A DNA stretch of 64,000 nt, taken from assembly GCF_001194135.2 (NCBI RefSeq), contig NC_069001.1, forward strand, positions 12,472,774 to 12,536,773, read 5' to 3'. This document shows, piece after piece, positions 26,376 through 39,083 of this stretch (the first letter of the stretch is position 1; every line of letters begins with the position of its first letter). The notes below the pieces were generated by a model, which made no database searches, was not told the origin of the DNA, and worked only from the letters and a program-made list of their open reading frames with translations. Origin of the DNA: Octopus bimaculoides (lineage: Eukaryota). A program made the translations under genes and the position numbers.

Positions 26376-26862
26376 TATCATCATAAATATACAGGGATTA
26401 GCTTGAATAGCTTCTCCAACACACTGAAAATTTAGAAATAGCAGTCAAAGAACTACTGATTCTAAACTACAAATTTTTTCTCTAAACGGATGGCGATGTT
26501 TATGGCACACAAAAAAACCGAAGGGAGAAGCAAAAACAAACCTGCCTTTAGTTAATTGGATACGACGTTTCACGGTTATGAGTATGAAATTACTCTATTC
26601 CGACTCTTCAGCCCACAGAATATTGGGCTGAAGAGTCGGAATAGAGTAATTTCATACTCTTAACCGTGAAACGTCGTATCCAATTAACTAAAGGCAGGTT
26701 TGTTTTTGCTTTTCCCTTCGGTTTTTTGTGAGCCATAAATATCGCCATCCGTTTAGAGAAAAAATTTGTAGTTTAGAATCAGGAGTTCTTTGACTGCTAT
26801 TTCTAAATTTTCAGTATGTTGGAAAAGCTACTCAAGCTAATCCCTGTATATTTATGATGATA
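26376..26862. repeat. 487-bp foldback: arms 26376-26615 and 26624-26862, 8-nt loop
   Basis: Manual alignment of the arms gives 8 substitutions and 1 single-base indel over ~240 bp (~96% identity). Confidence 0.97.
26622..26684 (+). ncRNA. Putative type I hammerhead ribozyme (mirror copy on minus strand at 26555-26615)
   Basis: Helix I attggg/tccaat; CTGAAGA at 26628-26634; extended helix II (cgg/ccg, agagta/tactct); GAAA at 26668-26671; minimal helix III AC-gtc-GT; GUA triplet with predicted cleavage after 26678. The 10.1-11.1 pair is G.U rather than G-C. Confidence 0.6.
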
Positions 26863-26989
26863 AATGGTTTTACCGATAAAGGTTTTTTTCATACTGAACT
26901 ACTTGGCAAAATTGTTAATTATTACTTCTATTACTAATTGACGATTCCCTGCACTTATTCTTGTGTATATATATATATATATATTATCT

Positions 26990-27350
26990 TTTCCATGTTT
27001 CAGTCATTAAACAGCGGTCATGCTGGGGTACCACCTTCAAGAAATGTTAGTCAAGTTTATCGACCCCAGTAATTATTTTCTTTGGAAACCTGGTACTTAT
27101 TTTATCTGTCTCTTATGCCTAACCGGTAAGTGCGACGCATACACACTCACAGACACACGCACGTTTATATATATATATATATATATATATAATTATATAT
27201 ACAACGGTTTCTTTCAGATTCTGTCAACCAAATCCCCTCACAAAGGTCCTATAGTAGAAATCATGGCCAAGACGTCAAGCAAAGCAAGTGAACACAGAAC
27301 CATGTGGTTGGAAAGCAAACTGTTTACAACACTGCCACGCCTGCGACTAT
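26990..27350 (-). mobile_element. SINE family B, decayed full-length copy
   Basis: tttcagtcattaaacagcggtcatgctgg (tail) through gaaccatgtggttggaaagcaaactgtttacaacactgccacgcctgcg (head), with internal (TA)n. Confidence 0.75.
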
Positions 27351-27381
27351 ATGTTTGTGTGAGTGTGTGTAGGTCAGTGAG

Positions 27382-27432
<51 letters not shown>

Positions 27433-27909
27433 CGATCTGCGTGTTTTTTGTGTCTCAGTTAAATTCAATACACCAAAAAGTGGGCCAGTGCTTGAATGTG
27501 TTAGAATTGGAACGGCCACATGCTGGATCACGCTGATCTTGTCCAAGGTCTATGTTAAAAGTACAGCTGAATGTTATACTTTTAAAGTTACTAAACCATT
27601 TAAGTCATAAAGCTATGAAGACATTTGCATCGTGAAACTGAACGATTTTATTATTCACTTATAGAAATCGATATCACATCCATCTATTCACATATTTTAG
27701 AAAATGCATGCCTGTGCTGTCTGTAAGTGAACTAGAGGAGTGTGCATGTGTATGGAAGTGTGTGTGTGGAAGGAAGTGTGTGTGTGGAAGGAAGTACCGA
27801 CAGTGCTGTTATAATGTTCTGTTTTTACGTACGTAAATGCATGTGTGTGAGTGTGAGCGTATGTGTCTAGAGAAGAAAGTGCCAACTGTGTACTTCTAGT
27901 TGTTCAGTG

Positions 27910-27967
<58 letters not shown>

Positions 27968-28226
27968 CGTGCATGCTTTGAGTTACTCTAATATTTTTGT
28001 GTATTCTGTTTTTGTATAGATTAACATAATTCCAGTGCATTATGAATATTCATGAGAGCACACGTACAGTTAGTTAGTCAATTCATTTTCATTCTCTTAG
28101 TATGAAGAAGAAACTTGTACAAATAGATTTCTATAAGTGTGTACGTGTGTCTTTTTATACAGATATAGATAGACAGAGATTGATAGAGAGAGAGAGCGAC
28201 AGACAGGAAGAAGGTTGGATATATAT

Positions 28227-28273
<47 letters not shown>

Positions 28274-29316
28274 CGAATAAATGCGTATGCGACCATGTGT
28301 TGTGTGTGTGCAACTATTTATGTGTTTGATATATATATATATATATATATATATGTTTGTGTGTATGTGTGTGCTTGTGTAAACATATCTATGAAGAGAG
28401 AAAGAAGAAGAAAGGCAGAGAGACAGATGGATATATACATATGCATACATTCCACATGTATATACATATACACAAATATGTATGCATGTAATCAATTTAG
28501 TTCAGAATCCATGTAATATTTTAACTTTACCCATATAAAAAAAAACAGGTGCTGACGGGTGGATTAACTGTCACGGTGTTTGTTCAATGAAATTCCAAAT
28601 AGTTTTTAACCTTATACACCGTCCCCATATATCTTCCACTGAAGCCATTGGCATCTCTCACTTCCATTGCCGATTTAGTTATATTTAATGTGTAATACAA
28701 TAATTCATTTCAAGATCTAATCCTACAGTGACACTTGTAATTGCCAAAAATATGGAACATGTTGATATAAATTCTCACTGTATAAAGTTAATGATGTTTA
28801 AACACTTCTCTCTAAAGCTATTAGTTGATGCCTTCTGTAATGTAAAAAGCATGAGACATTAATATTCTGGAATGCATTTTATTTTGTTTTTTCGGTTATT
28901 GCGAAATTGCGTCACATGCATCGCGCATGCAACAAACGCTGTTGCTGTACGTGTCTGAACTCGAACTTTCAGTCCCTCTGTTATTAGTGTATGTGTTTCA
29001 ACGTGGTCTGTCAATTGAATATTCATTGGCATGAAGTCTGTGGAGAATAATTCTATGGACAAAGCTATGATTAATTTGCATATTATTTGCTACGACCTGA
29101 ATAATCATGTCTCTGCTGATAAAGAGCCATAAAGCAAATTCTACCAAATATCGTGATATGAATTGGTATATGTCCGCGGTTCTGGTTCCAATTTCATGCG
29201 TGACATTCATGTGACCGTGTCGAATTGTGATGGTTAAAAAGGAACGAGTGGGGGATAGGTTAACGAAATAGCAACGACAGATCGATTGGTGTCTCCAGTT
29301 CAACACTACACAGGAG

Positions 29317-29370
<54 letters not shown>

Positions 29371-30404
29371 AAGAGAGAGAAAGAGAGAGAAAGAGAGAGA
29401 AAGAGAGAGAAAGAGAGAGAAAGAGAGAGAAAGAGANNNNNNNNNNNNNNNNNNNNNNNNNNNNNNNNNNNNNNNNNNNNNNNNNNNNNNNNNNNNNNNN
29501 NNNNNNNNNNNNNNNNNNNNNNNNNNNNNNNNNNNNNNNNNNNNNNNNNNNNNNNNNNNNNNNNNNNNNNNNNNNNNNNNNNNNNNNNNNNNNNNNNNNN
29601 NNNNNNNNNNNNNNNNNNNNNNNNNNNNNNNNNNNNNNNNNNNNNNNNNNNNNNNNNNNNNNNNNNNNNNNNNNNNNNNNNNNNNNNNNNNNNNNNNNNN
29701 NNNNNNNNNNNNNNNNNNNNNNNNNNNNNNNNNNNNNNNNNNNNNNNNNNNNNNNNNNNNNNNNNNNNNNNNNNNNNNNNNNNNNNNNNNNNNNNNNNNN
29801 NNNNNNNNNNNNNNNNNNNNNNNNNNNNNNNNNNNNNNNNNNNNNNNNNNNNNNNNNNNNNNNNNNNNNNNNNNNNNNNNNNNNNNNNNNNNNNNNNNNN
29901 NNNNNNNNNNNNNNNNNNNNNNNNNNNNNNNNNNNNNNNNNNNNNNNNNNNNNNNNNNNNNNNNNNNNNNNNNNNNNNNNNNNNNNNNNNNNNNNNNNNN
30001 NNNNNNNNNNNNNNNNNNNNNNNNNNNNNNNNNNNNNNNNNNNNNNNNNNNNNNNNNNNNNNNNNNNNNNNNNNNNNNNNNNNNNNNNNNNNNNNNNNNN
30101 NNNNNNNNNNNNNNNNNNNNNNNNNNNNNNNNNNNNNNNNNNNNNNNNNNNNNNNNNNNNNNNNNNNNNNNNNNNNNNNNNNNNNNNNNNNNNNNNNNNN
30201 NNNNNNNNNNNNNNNNNNNNNNNNNNNNNNNNNNNNNNNNNNNNNNNNNNNNNNNNNNNNNNNNNNNNNNNNNNNNNNNNNNNNNNNNNNNNNNNNNNNN
30301 NNNNNNNNNNNNNNNNNNNNNNNNNNNNNNNNNNNNNNNNNNNNNNNNNNNNNNNNNNNNNNNNNNNNNNNNNNNNNNNNNNNNNNNNNNNNNNNNNNNN
30401 NNNN

Positions 30405-30716
30405 GGCCGTTGCCAGTACCGCCTGACTGGCTCCTGTAGGATTTTCGAGCGAGATCGTTGCCAGTGCCCCTGGACTGGCTTGTGCGGGTGGCACATAAAA
30501 GACACCATTTCGAGCGTGGCCGTTTTCGTGCGGGTGACACGTAAAAGCACCCACTACACTCTCTGAGTGGTTGGCGTTAGGAAGGGCATCCAGCTGTAGA
30601 AACTCTGCCAAATCAGACTGGAGCCTGGTGTTGCCATCCGGTTTCACCAGTCCTCAGTCAAATCGTCCAACCCATGCTAGCATGGAAAGCGGACGTTAAA
30701 CGATGATGATGATGAT
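30405..30716 (+). mobile_element. Short retroposon with internal tandem subunits and (GAT)n tail, RTE-like 3' end; 5' part lost in assembly gap
   Basis: Repeated cgttgccagt.cc.c...gactggct subunits, then gagtggttggcgttaggaagggcatccagctgtagaaactctgcc...catggaaagcggacgttaaacgatgatgatgat. Confidence 0.7.
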
Positions 30717-30807
30717 ATATATATATATTTGTGTTTATGTGTGTGTGCGCGCGTGTTTGTGTGTATGCGTATGCGCACATATACATACGTACGTATATTA
30801 TATGCAT

Positions 30808-30850
<43 letters not shown>

Positions 30851-30852
30851 TA

Positions 30853-31180
30853 TGTGGCTGTGTGGTAAGTAGCTTGCCTACCAACAACGTGACTCTGGGT
30901 TCTACTATAGTTTTGGACCGACCAAAGCCTTGTGAGTGGATTTGGTAAACGGAAACCGAAAGAAGCTCGTCATATATATATGCTTGTGTGTCTGTGTTTG
31001 TGCCCCCTCCATCGCTTAACAACCGATGTTGGTGTGTTTACATCCCCGTAATTAATCGTTTCGGCAAAAGTGACCGATGGAATAAATACTAGGCTTACAA
31101 AGAATAAGTCTTGGATCCGGCTAAAAAGGCGATGTTCCAGCATGGCCGCAGTCATATGACTGAAAGAAATAAAATAAAAG
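30853..31180 (+). mobile_element. SINE family B with internal deletion in the head
   Basis: gtggctgtgtggtaagtagcttgcctaccaac...gaccaaagccttgtgagtggatttggtaaacggaaacc...cagcatggccgcagtcatatgactgaaag. Confidence 0.85.
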
Positions 31181-31934
31181 TATACACACATTTATTACCT
31201 ACAAATGCATATTTATATAAATCATCATTATTATCCTGATCTTCAACATCATTGTCTTCATCACCAACGTCATCGTCACGCGGAATATCACATTTACAAC
31301 TGCAGCAACGAAACTATTTAAACGAGATATTTAACCAAGATATTCCAAACCGACAGTAGTTACAACCGGAAGCACCACACACGTACACACGCTCCGCTCC
31401 CCCATTACAGATCGCCATTCCGCGTCCCCGCTAAGAACAACTATATCAACAACACCACCGTCGTTACTACCAGTATTAATAACAAACACAAAAACCGCCA
31501 TTAATACCTCACCACCGCCATTAATAAAACCCAACTCCACTAACAAGACCACGCCATTATCCAAAAACACGGCCACAACCACTACTCACATTATCATCAT
31601 CATCATCGTTACCATCATCACTATCATTACGACGACCAAAGTCAACACTCCCATCATCATCATCATGAATAAAAGTGTCACGCCTTATTTTAATAACATC
31701 ATTATCATGAGTTTGTTAATGAGCTCCGACCCAACCTCGTCAGATTCGCCCACAACACCAGTCGTCAACACATTGTCAACATTATTGGCTCGACTTAATT
31801 TCTTACGAAATACAATCGGGTAAAAAAGCATTTATTGTTTTATGAAAAATGCTGAAGTCAAGCTAAAAAGACAAGGACAAATATTGATGTGCATCCATAC
31901 GTGCTTGTGTGTGTTTGCATGTGTATGTATATAC

Positions 31935-32054
<120 letters not shown>

Positions 32055-32415
32055 ATATGTATATATAAATATATATGCACATATATAACAAATATATACA
32101 TATACACACAGAAACATACACACACAAACACACATACATATATGTATGTGTAGGCATGTGTGTATATTGACATAAACGCATGCGTATTGGTTTGTTTGCA
32201 CTAATATATAGGTGGAAGTCCATATTTACGCTCATATAAGTGTATTAACGTAAATATATATATATATATATATACATACATATGTATAAATGTGTTTATC
32301 TATGCAGACACACAACACACATATACATATGTAAATATATATATATGTATATACTCACACACACACACATATACATATATATATCTATATATATATATAT
32401 ATATANNNNNNNNNN

Positions 32416-32462
<47 letters not shown>

Positions 32463-35002
32463 GGAATTGTGTCACAAAGAGACGAGTGAATGTGTAGTAG
32501 AGAAAGCGCTAGGATACATACGCATACATTCATACATACAGACAATCGTACAGGCACGCATATACACAGAATGATACACATACCGACAGAGAGGCAGCAG
32601 CTCGAAATACAAATAGAAATACAGAGAGACAGAGAGACAGATAGAAAGAAAAAAGGGAGAGTGAAAGAGAGGGAAAGAAAGAGGAAGACGACAGCATGGT
32701 GAACGGATATTGATAAACCAACACAATCTGATATTAATCAATACTGCATTAAAAAAGAAACGATGTGCTTTTCTTCTTCATCGGAAACTAACAAATAACA
32801 GAAAATATAAACGATGATGACAATATCACATTGTTCATCGTAGGATATTAATAATATTGGCATAGGCTTGACTGATATGTCAATATCCCCCTTCTAGGAT
32901 ATTGCTAGTCGTTGATATGATTGGAAATTAACCAAGACACAATAAACACAGGAAGAATATATGTATGTGTGTGCATACATACACACACACACGGGTGTGT
33001 GTGTGTGTGCGTGTGCGTGTGTGTATACAAATATATACATATGCGTATATACTAATATGACAGACTTATATGCATTTTCACACATGTATTGATACATGTG
33101 CGTGTGTGTACGCGCGCGCTCGTGCGTGTGTGCGTATCATTGATATTAAGATTCAAAAGAATGTTGGCACTTCAACAGGTAGACGCCAGAAAGGGCTAGG
33201 CACATTAACCTAAGGTTCGCAATACTGTAAACAACAATGAAGTTATCAAGTGTTGGGGTAAAATATTATAGGTATGTATTTTCCAACTTCAAGTTAAATG
33301 ACAAAACAGTATGGTTCAGGATGTGGCGTATGAGAGTGAGTGAGTGAGTGAGTGAGTGAGTGTGTCAGTGAGTGAGTGAGTGAGTGAGTGAGTGAGTGAG
33401 TGTGTGTGTTCAAGGTGAATATGGTACTTGCGTTTAAGCACCAGAATTAAGTATGGTATTATCCAAACAATTCCAAAATAANNNNNNNNNNNNNNNNNNN
33501 NNNNNNNNNNNNNNNNNNNNNNNNNNNNNNNNNNNNNNNNNNNNNNNNNNNNNNNNNNNNNNNNNNNNNNNNNNNNNNNNNNNNNNNNNNNNNNNNNNNN
33601 NNNNNNNNNNNNNNNNNNNNNNNNNNNNNNNNNNNNNNNNNNNNNNNNNNNNNNNNNNNNNNNNNNNNNNNNNNNNNNNNNNNNNNNNNNNNNNNNNNNN
33701 NNNNNNNNNNNNNNNNNNNNNNNNNNNNNNNNNNNNNNNNNNNNNNNNNNNNNNNNNNNNNNNNNNNNNNNNNNNNNNNNNNNNNNNNNNNNNNNNNNNN
33801 NNNNNNNNNNNNNNNNNNNNNNNNNNNNNNNNNNNNNNNNNNNNNNNNNNNNNNNNNNNNNNNNNNNNNNNNNNNNNNNNNTATATGTATGTATCTATAT
33901 GTATATATGCATAAATACACACACTAGTACACATGCGCAATCAAGCATGCTTACTCACACTTGTGCTTTGAAATGGAAACCCCCAGGATTCGACTGATGC
34001 AATCCTCCGTTTCTACTCTGATTTTGACTTTCGTCATTCACAGACATCATTTTCTTGACAATATTTTTGCGAATGGATCACATACCAAATTTCAGTGACA
34101 TCAGAAACACTATGACGAGATATTTGCTGTCTCTTATTGGAAATATGATTGATGTACGTCTGAACCGATATGCTTTGGATTTTCAGGAGTACGGCATCTG
34201 CCCATGGGAACATTTTCCGGATCCCGCAAATTTGTCTTTCAATTATGTAATATCGGTGGCCTTTTTAATATTTGCAACCATTTACTCTGGCCAAGCGTCC
34301 GTCTTTTGTTTCACTTGTATTTTTCTAGTTTTGACCCTATGATATTACGAGTCTTCAGATTAACATCTGGTGTATTTGCCTTACATTCTTAAAAATTCGA
34401 GAATTGTTTTTCCCTTCTCATTCAAACCAAATGATTACAGCAGATCATAGTAGCTTTTTCCTCTGTAATTTCCGTGTAGTTACCAGCAATGGCGAGCAAA
34501 AGTGTTAGCGATGTTTGGCATATTACTGATTTGGAAATTAATTACAAGTGTTAAATAATTTCTTCTTACGTTAAGTTAAACTAAGTCAAGTTAAACTAAG
34601 GATTGGAAGAAGAACCTTTCGAATCCCTAAGTATTTTCTGGTGCTTTGATGCTTCTACTGAGTCCATTTCTACTCACTGAAGGCCGCAAAGGTATCACAG
34701 CTGCTTCTGTTCAAGAACAGATCAAAAGTTACTGTCTATTCCATTTGACATCCCACCCCGGATGGCTTGCCTTCTGCGTGTATGTTAGTCTTGTGTGTCT
34801 TTCTCTAAGGATGGCGTTCACCACGTTTTAAAGTTTTGTCTCAAGTCGATGGAGGTTATTATCTGTAAGACAAAGCTACAGGTTGTGTTTAAATTCAATT
34901 CCTTAGATATGTTTCTAAAAATGAATTGCTTTCTAAGCGTTTCAATGACTCGATCACACACATTCTATGATTCCCATCTATGTTTATGTATGTATATATA
35001 AA

Positions 35003-35915
35003 GAGAGTGCGATGGCTAAATTCTCGCCATTTTATATCTTTAATTTCATGTATGCGCAATGTTTGTTTTTGATTTTGTCGACTACACAATATTGTAGGCT
35101 ATGTTTTCTGACCTTGTTAAATTCTTTTGTTGAAACATTATGATCACAAGGGATACTCATGTCGATCAATAACCAGACTATTATGTTGGTGTTTTACGAC
35201 AATATCCGGTTTATTAGCTTTGATAGAGGTTTTGTCTGTATGCGCTGGAATTTCCCCAAAAATAGTTAGATTTTTTTCTCTGAGTTACAGCCTCAGAATG
35301 GTGCTTATACCATTTGTCAACAGAATTCTCTGCAAGAAAAACAGTATCATGACGCAATTCATTCTGCCAGAAATTTCGAAATAACACGCAATACTCCTTG
35401 GTATTCGCGCTGGAAGCGCCAGTACGAACATTTCAGAGTGTTTTGGTGTATATCTGAGGACAGTGCAATCTGAGGACATGTACCGAGAGTGATAAAAGCC
35501 AAACATCCAGTCAACATCACGGTGTTTGGAGTGATCACCAGTGATGGCGACGTTATGCCTCCATTGATCTTCCCACACAGCCTCAAACTCAACAGGGAGG
35601 CCTACATCAAGTGCCTCGAGGAAGTAGTGCTGCCCTGGGTGAAGAAGGTGGCTGCTGGAAGACTGTCTGGCAACAGGACTATTCACTATGCTACACAAAC
35701 AGGAGAAGACAGTCATAGCTGTCAGATGACTTCTGCGACCATATCGCCCTTAAAATCTGGGTATCTAACTCCTCACACTGCAATCTCCTTGGTTTATTAT
35801 GCGTGGAGTGCAGTTGAGTAGGAGACCAACGAAGCTCCTTGTAACAACAAAGATGAGGTGATAGCAAGGATTATGGCAATATTCACCAACTTAAACAAGG
35901 AGATTATGCAAGAAT
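35003..35915 (+). mobile_element. Tc1/mariner DD37D (maT-like) internally deleted derivative, pseudogenised transposase
   Basis: Left end follows TA. Translation VFGVITSDGDVMPPLIF...AYIKCLEEVVLPWVKKVAAGR, then WQQD (D at 35677-35679) followed by exactly 37 codons to a GGT (decayed GAT) at 35791-35793. Confidence 0.85.
35099..35328. repeat. ~230-bp dispersed repeat embedded in the mariner; second copy at ~38340-38566
   Basis: ttgttaaattcttttgttgaaacattatgatcacaag.gatactcatgtc...ccggtttattagctttgatag...atggtgcttataccatttgtcaacaga shared by both copies. Confidence 0.9.
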
Positions 35916-38339
35916 CATCTGAAATAACTTCAAGAAACCCGCATATTAAATACATTCAAAATATCATCCTTTGGTTTTGTGAGTATTCTTATATAGATAT
36001 ATAGGGTTCCATGTGCCCTGCTGCTACAGTTGAGGTTAGAGCCAAAAGCAGATTACCATCATCCAGTCATCTTGTTGTAAAGTGGTGTGGACACATATTT
36101 AGCAGAAATGTCGATTATGATGTACACCTTGTATTTATTGTACTTTTATCTATGTGTGTGTGTATGTGTGTGTTGAATGAGCGGGTGTGTGTGTGTGTTT
36201 GTACACAATGTATCTAGCCAGCTATATATGTATATATGTGCGTGAGTCTGTGTCTCTTTGTCTATGTGTGTGTGCATATCAGCATTTATGTGCGTGCGTG
36301 TGTGCTTGTGTGTGTGTGTGTGTGTGTTTCTATGTTCCTGTGTGTGTGTGTTTCTATGTTCCTGTGTGTGTGTGTGTATATATATCTTTATCTATAAGTA
36401 TATATATCGTTCTTATTCACCAGTCGAACAGTTAGGATACTCATCGTGAAAACCGAGGTAATGTTGTGATACGTGTGTGTGTATGTGCAAGTGAATGAGC
36501 AAAAATGGTCCGTGTTTCTAAGGTAAATTAAGAGAACCAATAAATTTGTAGCACGTAGACACTCCCATGTGTATACGTACACACGCACCCTCATCAACAC
36601 CCGAATACATTTCAGCATGCACATATACGTACACAACACACACACACACACACACAAACCAGACGCTCACCATATATATTTCTAGAAACAAAAGATAGAA
36701 ATATCTGACAGATAGTTGAAGCGTGGCAATAGAATAATTTGGGACAGAGTTAAGGGAAATGGTGCAACGAGAGCAATCGAAGCGAAGAGAGGTCATGGCA
36801 CTTCCATAGTAAATCAATGGTTGCTTAAAGATTGCATTCCCGGTTTACTCACAGACGACAGTAATATTTTATGAAACTTGGAACTTGCCAGAGAATGTTC
36901 ACTAAGATTAATAGGGTCTCCAGAGTTCGCTTGTCGACCACATTGGTGTTAACTATTTTATAATATATATATATATATATATATCTGTGTGTGTGTGTGT
37001 GTGTGTTCGTCTATTCTTTTTTTCGTAAATTCTATATATATATATATATAGATATACATACATAGGTGATATACATTATATGTGTGTGTGCGTGTATGTA
37101 CATATGTAGATGTATACCATGTTATATATATATATATGCAATTAATATATATACTCACATTTGTATATATATAATGTACTTATCCGTGATATAAACTTCA
37201 ACAAAGACAAACTACTCCATCTGGTGAGAGAAATATTATTTGAGTTCTCTCAACATGTGAAAGTATTAGCGCTTTAATACATGAATTGTAACCTTTAAAT
37301 AATATATATATATATATATATATATGAAGATACATAATTAAATTCATACAATCATACATACGTACGCACGTAGGAAAATACATGCATACATACATACATA
37401 CATATGTACGTACATAACTCTGTATGTGTGTTTGTGTGTACAGGAGTGTTGAGATAAGTTTGACTATTATTCACGTCTCTTTTATTGAGGAACATCTTGA
37501 TTAACTGGTGAACAGTCAACAGCGTTGGTGAGCATAAACATTAAAGTTGTGGTTGAGATGTAAGGTTGCTGAGATGGAGGACAAGAAGTCATCTGAATAT
37601 CGGAACAGAGTTATTGGTATTATTATCATTGGCGGCTGGTATCAAAACGCCAACCTCATGACTGATGGTCACTTCTCTGTGAACACTGTAAAGGCTGTAA
37701 AATGTGACATAGACAGCTACAACGGAGAATATAAAGCCATAGCCAGCATGAAATGACACATGAAATGACACATGAAACGCTCTGACTGCATCCGCATGCT
37801 AAGGTTCATCCCCACGTCTTTGAAAAGTGTCTTCAGCATAATTCGAATGGCTATGTTAAGTTACTAAATGCTGTGGTCAGTTCTTTTGCTAGAAAGGTTT
37901 GCTGCTAGGCGGCCATATATGTGGCTGCATGATTATACTAAATGTTGTTTAGGCATGCGCAAACATGAGCGCGTGGAAATGTATTTCTTTCAAATTTTGT
38001 TTCCATTTCTTGCCGACTGTTTTCTTCCCACGCTGAAGCCAAATAAAAATAAACTAACTGTATATAATGATAGCCCATTAAAATAAACACATTTACAAAA
38101 TCAAATAAAGTTATAAATATTATTTACATGGATGGCAATCGTTCTCAGAGCGACAATGCTCTTTTCAAAACGTGTGACGCACCAGTTAAAACAATGTTTT
38201 ACGCTTCTTGCTGAGATGGTGAATCATCGTCCATTCGCAAGTAATTTTCAGTTTCATTTTTTATCATTGTAAGTACTCCTACAATCACTGGTAATGTAAC
38301 CTTCAGATGCCAAGGTTTTACGACTCAGTGAGCAAAATT

Positions 38340-38566
38340 TTATATTTTCTGAGCTTGTTAAATTCTTTTGTTGAAACATTATGATCACAAGAGATACTCA
38401 TGTCAATCAATAAAAAGACTGTTATTTTGATCTTTTGCGACAGTATCCGGTTTATTAGCTTTGATAGTGGTTTTGTCTGTAAGCGCCGGAAATTCCTAAA
38501 GAATTGTTATATTTTTTCTCTGAGTTCCAGCCTGAAAATGGTGCTTATACCATTTGTCAACAGATT
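38340..38566. repeat. Second copy of the ~230-bp repeat found inside the mariner at 35099
   Basis: Direct sequence similarity along the whole length. Confidence 0.9.
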
Positions 38567-38654
38567 TTATTTGATAATGCCAACATATTAAACACTGTAG
38601 ATTTTGGCCAAATTTGTCATGTCTTGATTTATACTCTAAAACATAACATCTAAA

Positions 38655-38805
38655 GATTAATAAGTCCACTGTTTAAGTTTCATCATTGCAGACTGGGACT
38701 TTGGATCTATTCCATTTTTCATCACATTGGCTAGATACTTGCGGGTCAATAAGTTTTGATCTTCAGCAGGTAAAATAAAGACTTCGCGCTCTGCCTCTAC
38801 CCTAA
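38655..38805 (-). mobile_element. R4/Dong-like (restriction-like endonuclease) non-LTR retrotransposon fragment
   Basis: Translation EAEREVFILPAEDQNLLTRKYLANVMKNGIDPK resembles KAETEGFILAAQDQSL.TRNY...I.K...DP.CR; overlaps the same region as the fragment at 56300. Confidence 0.7.
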
Positions 38806-39045
38806 TCTGTTGTCTTCCTTTTTCTATTTTTTCTTTCATTCTGCTTGTTATAAAACTTAAAAACAGATGATGTCATTCCATCAACGTATGGACGCTGGTT
38901 ACTCTCGTTCATAGTTTACGTTTTGAAATTTTAATCATTTTTTGTTTTGAACTTGAGAAAGACAGACATGCTGTCGAAATATTAATCGCGCTCTTTGTCT
39001 TGAATATTTACCTTCGTGAAGAGTTACGTCAATCCTTTTTTAAAA

Positions 39046-39083
<38 letters not shown>

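Noticed and set aside
26410-26510. Weak resemblance of the left arm translation (ENLEIAVKELLILNYK...LN.DG) to a GIY-YIG endonuclease C-terminus
   Set aside because: Needs a frameshift, similarity is marginal, and it would be antisense to the hammerhead in the same arm. A profile search is needed.
29090-29105. Octamer motif ATTTGCAT (also near 8436 and 20010)
   Set aside because: An 8-mer is expected by chance several times in 64 kb of AT-rich DNA; no supporting context.
36846-36960. Minus-strand GTGAGT donor with an upstream open frame
   Set aside because: No credible acceptor and no recognisable peptide.
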